A stretch of DNA of 20,000 nucleotides from Neovahlkampfia damariscottae (GCA_016618085.1 JABLTG010000031.1:119651-139650); one strand, 5' to 3'. Positions 10,320-20,000 are shown, counted from the first letter of the stretch. The notes: generated by a model not told the origin, from the letters alone. A program made the numbers and translations.

Positions 10320-13251
10320 ATGGTTAAATCTTATTATAAATGGGAATTAGACAAAACCATAGGTGTAGTAGCATCACCACAAGCATCAATTCATTATGAT
10401 AAAGAAGGAAAAAATGTAATCACTGGATCTTTATCAGATTTAAATATTTGGAATTTAAAAAAAAGTAATTTGGAAAAAATAATACAAAAAAATGGAAAAA
10501 AATCAAATATAACATCTATTGCTTACAATCAAAATTCAAATAAAATTGCAGTTGGTTATCAAAATGGTGGAGTATCTATTTATAAATTAGAAGATGGTTC
10601 AGAAGAAATGAATACAATTGGTCATAGTACATCAGTTCAAATTTTATCTTTCAATGAAGATGGTAGTTTATTAGCTAGTGGTGGTGATGATACAGATATT
10701 ATTTTATGGGATGTTTTAAATTCATCTGGAATGTATCGTTTAAGAGGTCATAAAGGAAGCATAACAGGAATAGCTTTTTTAAATAAAATTAATGCAATTG
10801 TAACATGTAGTAAAGATATGTTAATCAAAATATGGGAATTGGATACTCAACATTGTATTCAAACAGTTTGATTCATTTTATTTTTTTTTAAACCAATCTT
10901 AGTTAATTGGAACTAGACATGAAATTTGGTCACTTTCAGTTGATAATGAAGAAAAGAGATTAATTGTTGGATCGGTTGATAATTTAATTCGAATTTGGGA
11001 TTTAGAACCATTATACATTGAAGGAAAAGAATTATATATGAGAGATCCAATATTTCTTGGTTCTGTAAAAAGAAAATACGAAAATCGTGTTTTAAATATA
11101 AAATTTGATCCAAGTGGAAATTTATTTGCACTTCATGGAGATTCAAATATTATTGAAATTTTTAAAAAAAGAACGGAAAAAGAGAAAACAAAAAAAATAA
11201 AATCAAAAGAGAAAAAAAAAAAAGAAAAAGAAGAAAAAAAATTAGGAAAAGCTGAACAAGAAGATGATGATGATGAAGAAGAAGAAGAAGAAGATCAAGC
11301 TATTATTGAATATACACCACATTGTGAAATACGTTCAAAACAAAAAATTAGATCTTTTGATTTTCATCCTTTAATAACATTCAATTCTAATGATAAAAAA
11401 TTCAAAATTGTAATTTCAACATTAAGAAATACAATTGAAGAATATTTATATGAATCAAAAAAACAACATGAAGAATCAATGATTGAAAGATATGGACATG
11501 GTACACCAATCAAATCTATTTCAATTTCAAGTGATGATGTATCAGTAGCATCTGTTTCAAATGGTCAATGTAAAATTTGGAGTGTTGAATTTGGAAATTG
11601 TCTTCGAAGTTTTAATGTTGGAAATGCTACAACATGTATATTCTTACCAGGAGACAATCATATTGCAATTGGTACAAAAAATGGTGAAATTGAAATTTAT
11701 GAAATATCTTCAATGAATTTAATTGAAACTATAAAAGCACATGAATCATCAATATCTTCAATAATTTTATCACCTGATAAAAAAGGTATCATTTCAGGTG
11801 GTGATAAAACTGTTAAATTTTGGAATTTTGAATTAATTTTAGATGAAGAGTATTCAAAGGTATTGTTATCAAAAAAATATTAAACACACTTTAAAGACAA
11901 CAAAGAGATTATCCATTTATAATGAACATACTTTAAAAATGAATGAAAATGTTTTGACAATACAATGTTCTTCAGATGCAAAATATATTGCAATTTCATT
12001 ATTAGATTCAACTGTAAAAGTGTTCTTTTTAGATTCTTTAAAATTTTATTTATCCTTATTTGGACATAAAGTAAATTTGTGATAAATTTATTAAAATTTA
12101 AAAAGTTACCTGTAAATTCAATTGATATTTCATCTGATGGTAGTTTAATTATAACTGCAAGTTCAGATAAAAATATAAAAATTTGGGGATTAGATTTTGG
12201 AGATTGTCATAAATCAATATTTGCACATCAAGAAAGTATTTCCAAAGTATCATTTTTAAAGAATACACATTACTTTTGTTCTGTTTCAAAAGATGGAGGT
12301 GTAAAAATATGGGATGGTGATAATTTTAAATGTTTTCAAGAGATTAGAGATAAATCATTACATAGTCCATTATATGATTGTGTTTTATCTTATGATGGAT
12401 ATAAATTAATATCAACTGGACATGAAAGAGCATTATTCATTTATAATCAAACTGATGATTTATTCTTTTTAGAAGAAGAAGAAGAAAGAAAATTAGAAGC
12501 TGAATATGAAAAACAATTAGTTGAATCACAACAATTTTTAAATTTACAAGATCCAAATGCAGAATCAACATTTGCAGGTAAAAGAACAATTGAAACTATC
12601 ACAGATGGTGATAAATTAATTGAAGCAATTGAATATGCAATGAGAGATGATGAATCATTTGAAGAATATGAAAAGAATCCAAATTTATTAGAAAAACCTA
12701 TTCACAATCCAATTTTATTAAATTTAGATACTGATGAATATATTTGGAAATCTTTAACAAAAATTAAAAGATCAGAAATTGAAAATGTTTTATCAATTAT
12801 ACCATTTAAACATGGTGTTTATGTTTTAAAGAAAATGGAAAATATTTTTAAAAAGGTAAAAGTAAATGTTGAAATATCAACAAGAATTATAATTTCAATT
12901 TGTGAAATATTTCAATTTCAAATATTATCAGAACCATCTTTAATTCCTTTAATCATTTCACTTTCGAAATCAATTAAAGATTTAGTATCAAATGAAAGAG
13001 TAAGATATCTTAGTAAATATCATTAAATCTATTTTTAGAATCAAATTGGTTTCAATATTGCAGGACTTCAATTTATCAAACAAAGACTTTCAAATGAAAA
13101 AGAAATGTTAAATATTGAAGAAGCAATCATTTTAAAAAGACATGTTGATAAAAAAGAAGCAATTGAATCAAAATATCAAACAAGTTTGAAAAGAAAAAGA
13201 CAAAATGAAATTGATGAAAAAGAAAAGAAATTTAAAAGTTTCTTTGAATAA
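10320..13251 (+). CDS. WDR3: WD40 SSU processome protein WDR3/Utp12/Dip2
   Basis: MVKSY start, many WD40 repeats, signature DKNIKIWGLDFGDCHKSIFAHQ, and C-terminal IGFNIAGLQF. Introns 10866-10902, 11860-11896, 12071-12105 and 13000-13038. TAA at 13249-13251. Confidence 0.95.
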
Positions 13252-13254
13252 ATA

Positions 13255-14476
13255 TCATTTATATTTTCTCTTTTTTTTTGTATTAAAAATTGGAGTTGGA
13301 ATTACAATTGGACAAATTGGATATTCATATCCTAATTGTTTCAAAAAATATTCTGATATTTCATCACAATCACCTAAACAAGTAACATCTCTAAAATTTT
13401 CATCATCATTATATGAATCAATAAAAGGACCAGATAATTCACGATTTATTAATAATCTTGGACAATCATCAGAAACAAGATGAACCAAATTACAAAATGG
13501 TGCAACTGAAAGTGAAGTACCCATTATAATTAATAAATCACATTCATTAAAACAATTAATATTTTCAAAAAATTTATCAGGTAAAGATTCACCAAAAAAT
13601 ACCTTTTAAGAAATTTAGAATTCAATAAATTACAATATTTGGTTTAACTAATCCACTATCACAATTATTACAAAGTGGAAATTTGTTTGAAAATATATTT
13701 GATTTAAAATGATCTTCTGAATAATTCAATTTACATTCAACACAATGAGCTGCAGAAAATGTACCATGTGCTTCAACAATTAAATCTTCATCAACACCAA
13801 CAATTCTTTCTAGTCCATCAATATTTTGTGTGAAACATTTTTTTAATAAATTCTTTTCATTTAAAATTTTAATAAGATGATGAGTCAATGTTGGTTTGAA
13901 ATTTGTTGGATATATTTTCTTAGAAAGTTTATAAAATGGAATAGGATTTGATTTAAAAAAATTCAATTCAAATATTGATTCAGGTGTTGGTATATCTAAT
14001 AATTAGTAAAATATGATTAGTTTACTATATTCTATTTGAATAAATACTTAAATACTAATTTTACCTTGTAAATTAGCATATAATCCTGTTTTTGGTGATC
14101 TAAAATCGGGTATACCAGCATTTACAGATACACCTGCTCCTATCATCATTATTATATTCTTTATTTTTCCTAATTTTATTTTTTGAATAATATTATCAAT
14201 TGTAGGTCTTTCATGAAGTACTGATAATTTTCTTTTGAAAGATAATTTATTTTCAATTTCATTCAAATAATCTTTCAAAATGGATTCTCTTTCAATTTGA
14301 ACAGTTTCATTTTCTTCTTCTTTGTTTTCTTCGCTTTCACTTTCATTTTCAGTGGAAGTATCATTTTCACTATCAGATGACTTAAATATATCATTTTTAA
14401 CACTTTGAAGATATTCTTTCATAATATTTTTTTTCGTTTCTTCTTCTTTTTCTTCAACATTTTGTTGTTGTAACAT
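13255..14476 (-). CDS. NAD-dependent deacetylase, class I sirtuin (SIRT2/Hst2-like) with acidic N-terminal extension
   Basis: GAGVSVNAGIPDFRSPKTGLY, TQNIDGLE, EAHG, CVEC...CNNC, KPNIVFFGE, GTSLSVAPF, INRE. Introns 14032-14064, 13996-14025 and 13603-13633. Confidence 0.93.
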
Positions 14477-14528
14477 TTTGATTGGTCAAAAAAAAATGGA
14501 AGAAAAAAACTTGAAATTTATTAAAAAT

Positions 14529-17080
14529 TTAAGCCAACCATGAAAAAGGTACCAAACCATCTGAAGAACCAATTATTTTTGATTTGCTATAAATCAAATC
14601 ACCTTCATCTTTAACACTTCCATCACGATTAACTGAATATTTCAATTGCATTAAATGTCCAAATGTTAATCTTTCTTCATTATTAAAATTATCTGTATTT
14701 ACAGCAACTCGTTTATTTACTTCATTAAAAGTATCTTTTGACCATGGTTTCTCCCATTCTTTATCTGAACCAAGATGTTCTTTCCAAAGAGATTTTCTAA
14801 ATTCTTTAACTGAATTTGTTGATTTATTTTGATAGGCTGCAAGATTCATTTCTGTATCACGATCACCAGCCAATGATCTTTCATTCAAATTACCACTACC
14901 AAAAACAATATATTCATCATCAACAATTATCATTTTTGAATGAACATAAATCATATAAGATGTCATTTTACCTTTTTCTTTATCTTTTTCACATTGTCCA
15001 AGACAATAAAATCTTAAATATTCTCTTGGACTTATTGTATCAATTAAATTTAATTCTTTTAAAAATTCAGATAAATTCTTATATAAGAATTCCATTGTTG
15101 CCATATGTAATTTCATTGTTCTTCCTGGTAATCCAAATCTACCAGTACCATCTGCATCACCCCAAGGTCGATATCTTATAAAATATGAATAAAAATTGAT
15201 TTAAAACAAACGGTAAAACAATATAAACTTTAAATTCTCTTTTTAATAAAATCATTTCTTTAATTTTTAATAATATTTCATAAGGAACAATATTTGGTGC
15301 TAAATCATCCCATCCTTGACCTAATTTCCATTCAAAACTTGATCCACAAAAATATTGATTTTCGATATAAATAAATCTTTCTGCATTTCTAATTGAATTA
15401 ATAAAAGAGCATTGAATTCCTTTTTCAAGAAATCCCATATTCATATCTGATCTTACTAATTGTGTTGTCCAAGTACCATTTTTTCTTACTGGCATTTTCT
15501 TTGATGTATTAATCAATTTTAAAAATGGTTTTTGTTGATCCCATCTATCACTAAATGCTTTAACAATATCTAATGCAATTTCTCCTTCAACTCTTCCATG
15601 TACATCATGCCATGGATTTTTCTTTGTCACACCATCATCTTCATATAATGTATGATCTGGTGTATCAGATCTTCCAACTGCTAAATCTAAACCACCTAAA
15701 AATGCACAAATATTTCCATTTGGTTCATCCATCATCATATATTTTAAATGATGTGATGAAATATAAGCATTCATATTATTTGGACTTTCAATCAATTTAA
15801 CTAATACTTTAGTTCCTTTAAATGCTTTTTCAGTTGGAAAATTATCCTAAAAATATTTAAAATATAATATTAGAGTACTGTTGGCCTAATATTAATAAAA
15901 TGATTAATATATTCAATTCAAATTACATCATTGTTCTATTATCTCTTCCCCATAATGCAACAACAACTTGAATTTCTTCTGCTTTTTGTTTTAATAATTC
16001 AATAACAGTTAATGGTCTTTCTTTAGTTCCACAAATCATAAGATCATGTTTCATTGACCATGCAAAAATATAAACAAATTCTTTTGCATTTAAAATTGCA
16101 TCATACATATCTTCAAATGCATTATGTTGACTATTATCATCTTCATTCTCTTTATAAGACCATTCCTTTGTTAATGCATCTTTTTTATTTTTAACATTTT
16201 TTTTTATCATCTTTTACCTTGATATAAAGTTACATGACAATTCTTTCTTGCTGGAAATGGATGATATTTATTTACCTCCATTGCCCAACGATTAATATGT
16301 ATATTTGAATAGATTTCAATTGACCTTTTTGATAAAATATCAAATCCATATGGTTCTCCAATTTTATTTGATTTTGAGTAAATATCACACATTTTATTTT
16401 GACAAATCCATTCATTTTTTGATTTATCTTCCAATGTAGTTAAACAATTTGGACATACAATTGGATTCTCCATTTCATCTGAAACACAAATTATTGAATA
16501 TTCAATTCCAACATCCAATTGTTTTTCAATATTTTTTTTAAGTGAATTTATTTGTCTTTTTGAAACTGCATTGATTCCAGTTAATACAATGATTACATAT
16601 AAATCTAATTCTGTCATCATTTTTTTTACTAGTCTTGTATCTAATGCCAAAAATCTTTTTGAAATAAAAATAAAAATAAAAAATACCTTTCTGTGCAATC
16701 AAAAAAATAATATGCCATCTTTATACTCAATGATACTGATTTTGGAATTTGTAAATCTTTTAAATTTTTTATAAAAATAAGTATTTTATCAAACCTTCAT
16801 CTTTCAAAGGTGGTTTTATTAACTCTTTAACTGAAGTAGAAAAATTAACACCCATATCTTCATCTGTTTTAAAAATACATATTTTTTCTTGTATTCTTAA
16901 ATTTTGAATTTGTTTTAATTCATATATTTCAAATAATTCAGGTTCTAATAATTCTTCATCAAAAGCAGGACCACAAACAAATACGTTTGGTAATGGAAGA
17001 AAATCTAAAGTAGGATTTATAAAACTCTTTTTAACTTCCATTTTTTCAACTTTTATTTCTTCAACCATTTCTTCAGTCAT
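14529..17080 (-). CDS. Phospholipase D (plant PLD-like core, two HKD motifs) with atypical N-terminal domain
   Basis: HHLKYMMMD and YVHSKMIIVDD HKD motifs, VTLYQDA, AFLGGLDL, PWHDVH, FIYIENQYF, NLNERSLAGDRDTE. Introns 16757-16794, 16655-16686, 16180-16217, 15886-15926, 15847-15878 and 15175-15211 join all ORFs in frame. Confidence 0.9.
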
Positions 17081-17117
17081 TATAAAAATAATGTGAGAGT
17101 TTTAACCAATAGGAATA
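17081..17117. promoter_or_regulatory. Very short divergent intergenic region with CCAAT box
   Basis: 37 nt between the ATGs at 17080 (-) and 17118 (+); CCAAT at 17106-17110. Confidence 0.5.
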
Positions 17118-18221
17118 ATGTTTGTTGACCAAGATGAAGACAACAAAAAGTATTTGAAAGAAAAAATAAAAAAAAGAAATGAATTAAAAAAATTGATAAA
17201 ACAACCATCAAATTTTGATTTAAAAAAGACAATTTCAAAATTAGTTTATTTTAATGTTGGAGGAAAAATATTTAATTGTTATTTATTTACACTATTGAAA
17301 CATGATAGTATTTTAAGAGTTCTATTTTCAGGTCAACAATTGTTGAATACAGATGTTTTGAATGATAAAAATGAAATGATTTTTGTTGATCGACCTTCAA
17401 AACCTTTTGAGATTATTTTGAATTGTATTAGAACAAATACCATGTATATAGAAGAAGAAAGTGATTTAGGATGCTCTCAAAAGTTATTAGAAAATGAAAT
17501 TAAATTCTATGGTCTCAAAAACAAAATACAATTTAAAAAGAGAATAGTTCCTATTTATCCCAAAAAGAAAAATAATAGGGTACCACCAATGAAAATGAAC
17601 AACTTTGGTGGTGGTATTCCACCTATTTTGAATCCAATCAATAGAGTGATGCCAAATGTTGGAAGTTGGAAAAGTAAACTCTTTCTTCAAGAATTCATTA
17701 GAGGTATAAGTTCAGCTTTAAATATAATATCCACTATAATGATTATATTTTATTCATTTGGTTTGAAATATTTCCAAAAAACGAATCATTTTTTTATTCC
17801 AATTTTTTTACAGTATTTGTTACAATTAAATGTTTCTGGAATATTTTTTAGTTGGGTTCTATTTAAAGATCCATTAATATTCCTGATCAAATCAGATTTC
17901 AACAATATGAAAATGGTGGGAATGCTACCTTTGATTTGGAAGAAACGAATAAGTTCATCAATGAAAATTAAAATTTGTTCTCAAATGTCAATAGTAATTA
18001 TATTATTGTATTTTCAAAACCTAATATTGAATCATCATTATTTATTTTGGATAATATTCATTTGTAATCTAATATTTATATTAGTTGGTGAAATTGAGAA
18101 GTCATCAATTTTTCTTTTCATTGATTTATGGTTGTACTTTTTTAGAATTGATGGTGCATTGAAAATGACAGTTGAATTATTATATTTCTCATCATCATTA
18201 GAAAAAACATGTAAAATATGA
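17118..18221 (+). CDS. KCTD/T1-type BTB domain protein with Pro-rich linker and multi-pass hydrophobic C-terminus
   Basis: VYFNVGGKIF...TLLK...FVDRPSKPFEIILNCIR...EIKFYGL is the KCTD BTB pattern. Several hydrophobic segments follow in one open 367-codon ORF. Confidence 0.78.
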   Translation: MFVDQDEDNKKYLKEKIKKRNELKKLIKQPSNFDLKKTISKLVYFNVGGKIFNCYLFTLLKHDSILRVLFSGQQLLNTDVLNDKNEMIFVDRPSKPFEIILNCIRTNTMYIEEESDLGCSQKLLENEIKFYGLKNKIQFKKRIVPIYPKKKNNRVPPMKMNNFGGGIPPILNPINRVMPNVGSWKSKLFLQEFIRGISSALNIISTIMIIFYSFGLKYFQKTNHFFIPIFLQYLLQLNVSGIFFSWVLFKDPLIFLIKSDFNNMKMVGMLPLIWKKRISSSMKIKICSQMSIVIILLYFQNLILNHHYLFWIIFICNLIFILVGEIEKSSIFLFIDLWLYFFRIDGALKMTVELLYFSSSLEKTCKI

Positions 18222-18250
18222 TTTGTGTTCATATCAAAAATGGTAATAAT

Positions 18251-19800
18251 TTAATGTTTTACTACTTGTTTATGAATAAACCAATCTTTTGATTGACATT
18301 CAGTATTACAATATCTAACTTGACCACAAACACATTTCTTTAATTTTTGTTTAAAATTTCTACAATATGAGCATAATCTTGATTCTTTCAAATTTATTTT
18401 TATTGAATCTTCCAATTCAGTTAAATTCACACTTGTTCCTAACCAAATTAATAAAGTTAGAGTATTCATTGCTGTATAATAAAATCCCTCAGCTTGAAGA
18501 CCTTTAATCAATCTCAAATATGTTTTTGGACTTGGAGAATCAAAATCATAATTTAATGATTCTAAAGCATCAATAATTGCATTTCTATAATTTTCAAGTT
18601 TCAAATGACATTCAGCACGATTACTAAAATATATTTGAATTGATGATACTTTGTACAATCCTTCATCAGGAAGTGAATGAATAGCCTCTGTATATGATTC
18701 AATTGCTTCTACATATTTTTTTTGTTTGAAAAAGTTATTTCCAATTTGTTTAAGTTTTTCACCATTTTCTTTTTTTTCATTTTTGTTAAAATCTCATTTT
18801 CAATTATTCTTTCAGAATAGAATTTATCACCCTTAGATTCTAAATTCTTTATAAAATCATTTTTAATTTCATCAATTCCACTGAAATGATCAAGTAAAGA
18901 TTTGAAAATATTTTGGTAAATTTAAAATTAAAGATAAACATTCATCATCTTTTGATAATTCAAATAAAATTTGATAAATCATTGATTGTAAATTAATTGC
19001 ACCATGATTATATCTACATGAAATACTTCTCAATAATAATTCATTATGTGCTATTTTTCTTTTCATTTCAACACAAGATTTTGATAAATTTAAAACTGCT
19101 TCAAAAATGAAAAGTTGAATTTGATAATCAGGGTTTAAACTCCATTCTGTTAATATATTCATAAATTCAAAATTTAAATCAATATCAATAGCATATTGAG
19201 AATCTAAAACAAAATTTGCTAATATTGGCCATAATGATGAATTTCGTTCAATAATTAATGCAGGTAATTCAAAAGTATCTTTCATATTTTCAAATATATA
19301 TGGTGGAATATTTGAATCAACAATAGCCTTTCTTCCATTATTTATTTTTGCAATTTCACCTAAAATGGATCCTGCTTCTTCTTTAATTTTTGAAAAATAT
19401 GTAATTCTTTTATAAGCTTCATCTATATTCATTTCTTCCATTGGTATAATTCCATAAGTAATATTTTGATGATAACTCACAGATATATTACCTTTTTGTT
19501 GACTAAGAATGTACATTTCTGATTCACTGAATGATTTTGACAAATAATAAGATACTGCATACATTTTTGGGTCTCTTAAAAATTCAAATATAATTGATAC
19601 TAATTCTAAATCAATTATTTGTTGTGAAATTGGTTCAAAATAACTTAAAAAGCTTAAAAATTTGATTAAAATCCATTTCTCACAAAGATTACATTCTTTA
19701 GATTTAAAATATTCAATTAATTGTTTTGAAAATCCATTTTTAATAATATTTTGACAAAATTCTTCATTAATATTTTTTATATTTTTTGTAAAGTATGCTT
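18251..19800 (-). pseudogene. ARM-like repeat + TPR + MYND finger gene, 5'-truncated and frame-disrupted
   Basis: ARM-like helical region about 18890-19800; TPR LKQIGNNFFKQKKYVEAIESYTEAI...YFSNRAECHLKL; MYND-like CSYC...YCNTECQSKDWFIH. The frame breaks near 18890-18915 with no short canonical intron, and the ORF-track ATG (19831) lies inside the adjacent element. Confidence 0.6.
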
Positions 19801-19905
19801 CTGCTATCTTAAAACTGACTTTTCCGTTCATTCTGATTAATCAGACCAGACATTAAAATCAAGGTTTCTTTCAGGATAGGACCGTCGCCAGCAGTACTGG
19901 CAGTT
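19801..19905 (-). ncRNA. Putative omega-RNA scaffold (3' portion) overlapping the Fanzor ORF end
   Basis: Locally GC-richer. GCCAG/CTGGC hairpin 19887-19901; long stem 19869-19879 with 19804-19814 and 19855-19862 with 19815-19822; capping 14-bp palindrome TCTGATTAATCAGA 19832-19845. The position matches known TnpB/Fanzor omega-RNAs. The 5' boundary is unknown. Confidence 0.65.
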
Positions 19906-20000
19906 TTTGGATTTCCAATAAAATTTTGTATATTCATCAGAAATATATTTCTTGCTCCATTATAATCTCTTGGAAGAGAAAAATTACAATATTTACAATT
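19809..20000 (-). CDS. C-terminus of TnpB/Fanzor-family (Fanzor2/IS607-like) RNA-guided nuclease, partial
   Basis: Open frame from the window edge: NCKYCNFSLPRDYNGARNIFLMNIQNFIGNPKTASTAGDGPILKETLILMSGLINQNERKSQF*. CxxC followed by RDxNGAxNI is the zinc-finger/RuvC-III signature of TnpB/Fanzor. Confidence 0.85.
   Translation of the reverse strand, partial: NCKYCNFSLPRDYNGARNIFLMNIQNFIGNPKTASTAGDGPILKETLILMSGLINQNERKSQF

Larger units (their letters stand above)
19801..20000 (-). mobile_element. Right end of a Fanzor-encoding transposon (continues beyond window)
   Basis: The Fanzor-like ORF and structured tail end at ...AAGATAGCAG, then switch abruptly to AT-rich host coding sequence. The exact end is inferred. 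Confidence 0.65.

Noticed and set aside
11160..11295. A-rich and GAA/GAT repeat tract
   Set aside because: It encodes an ordinary Lys/Glu/Asp-rich loop of WDR3 and is not an independent repeat.
611..18232. Short ORFs 611-802, 4167-4388, 6043-6273, 6186-6383, 8313-8531, 9340-9522, 10913-11146, 13205-13483, 14816-15181, 15573-15800, 16571-16774, 17487-17690 and 18038-18232
   Set aside because: They are antisense or off-frame overlaps of better-supported genes and contain no recognisable motifs.
1..20000. Fragmented ORFs suggesting stop-codon reassignment or widespread pseudogenes
   Set aside because: Nearly all breaks are resolved by short GT-AG introns under the standard code; only the 18780-18915 break is not.
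1..20000. CRISPR arrays, tRNA or rRNA genes
   Set aside because: I saw no repeat-spacer periodicity, cloverleaf or rRNA-like sequence.

Overview
AT-rich, very compact eukaryotic (protist-like) DNA using the standard code; a heterolobosean/amoeboid source is only a guess. It holds about 13 host genes split by tiny 28-41 nt GT-AG introns: an ankyrin-TBC RabGAP, a CH-CH-RhoGEF-PH protein, a degenerate RhoGAP-2xDEP protein, an R3H-2H phosphoesterase-SAM protein, Trm112, a small membrane protein, an Apd1/Aim32-like ferredoxin, a small KEN/RVxF protein, WDR3/Utp12, a SIRT2-like sirtuin, a plant-type phospholipase D, a BTB-membrane protein and a broken ARM-TPR-MYND gene. The main finding, absent from the ORF track, is in the last 200 bp on the minus strand. 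It is the C-terminus of a TnpB/Fanzor2-like RNA-guided nuclease (CxxC...RDYNGARNI), overlapped by a structured omega-RNA-like segment and a candidate element end at about 19801, sitting directly against the 5'-truncated, frameshifted ARM-TPR-MYND gene. Other findings are 6-, 7- and 14-nt microexons, convergent stop codons 2-3 nt apart, CCAAT boxes 4-7 nt before start codons, and several unusual domain fusions. All gene models were spliced by eye; no searches were run.
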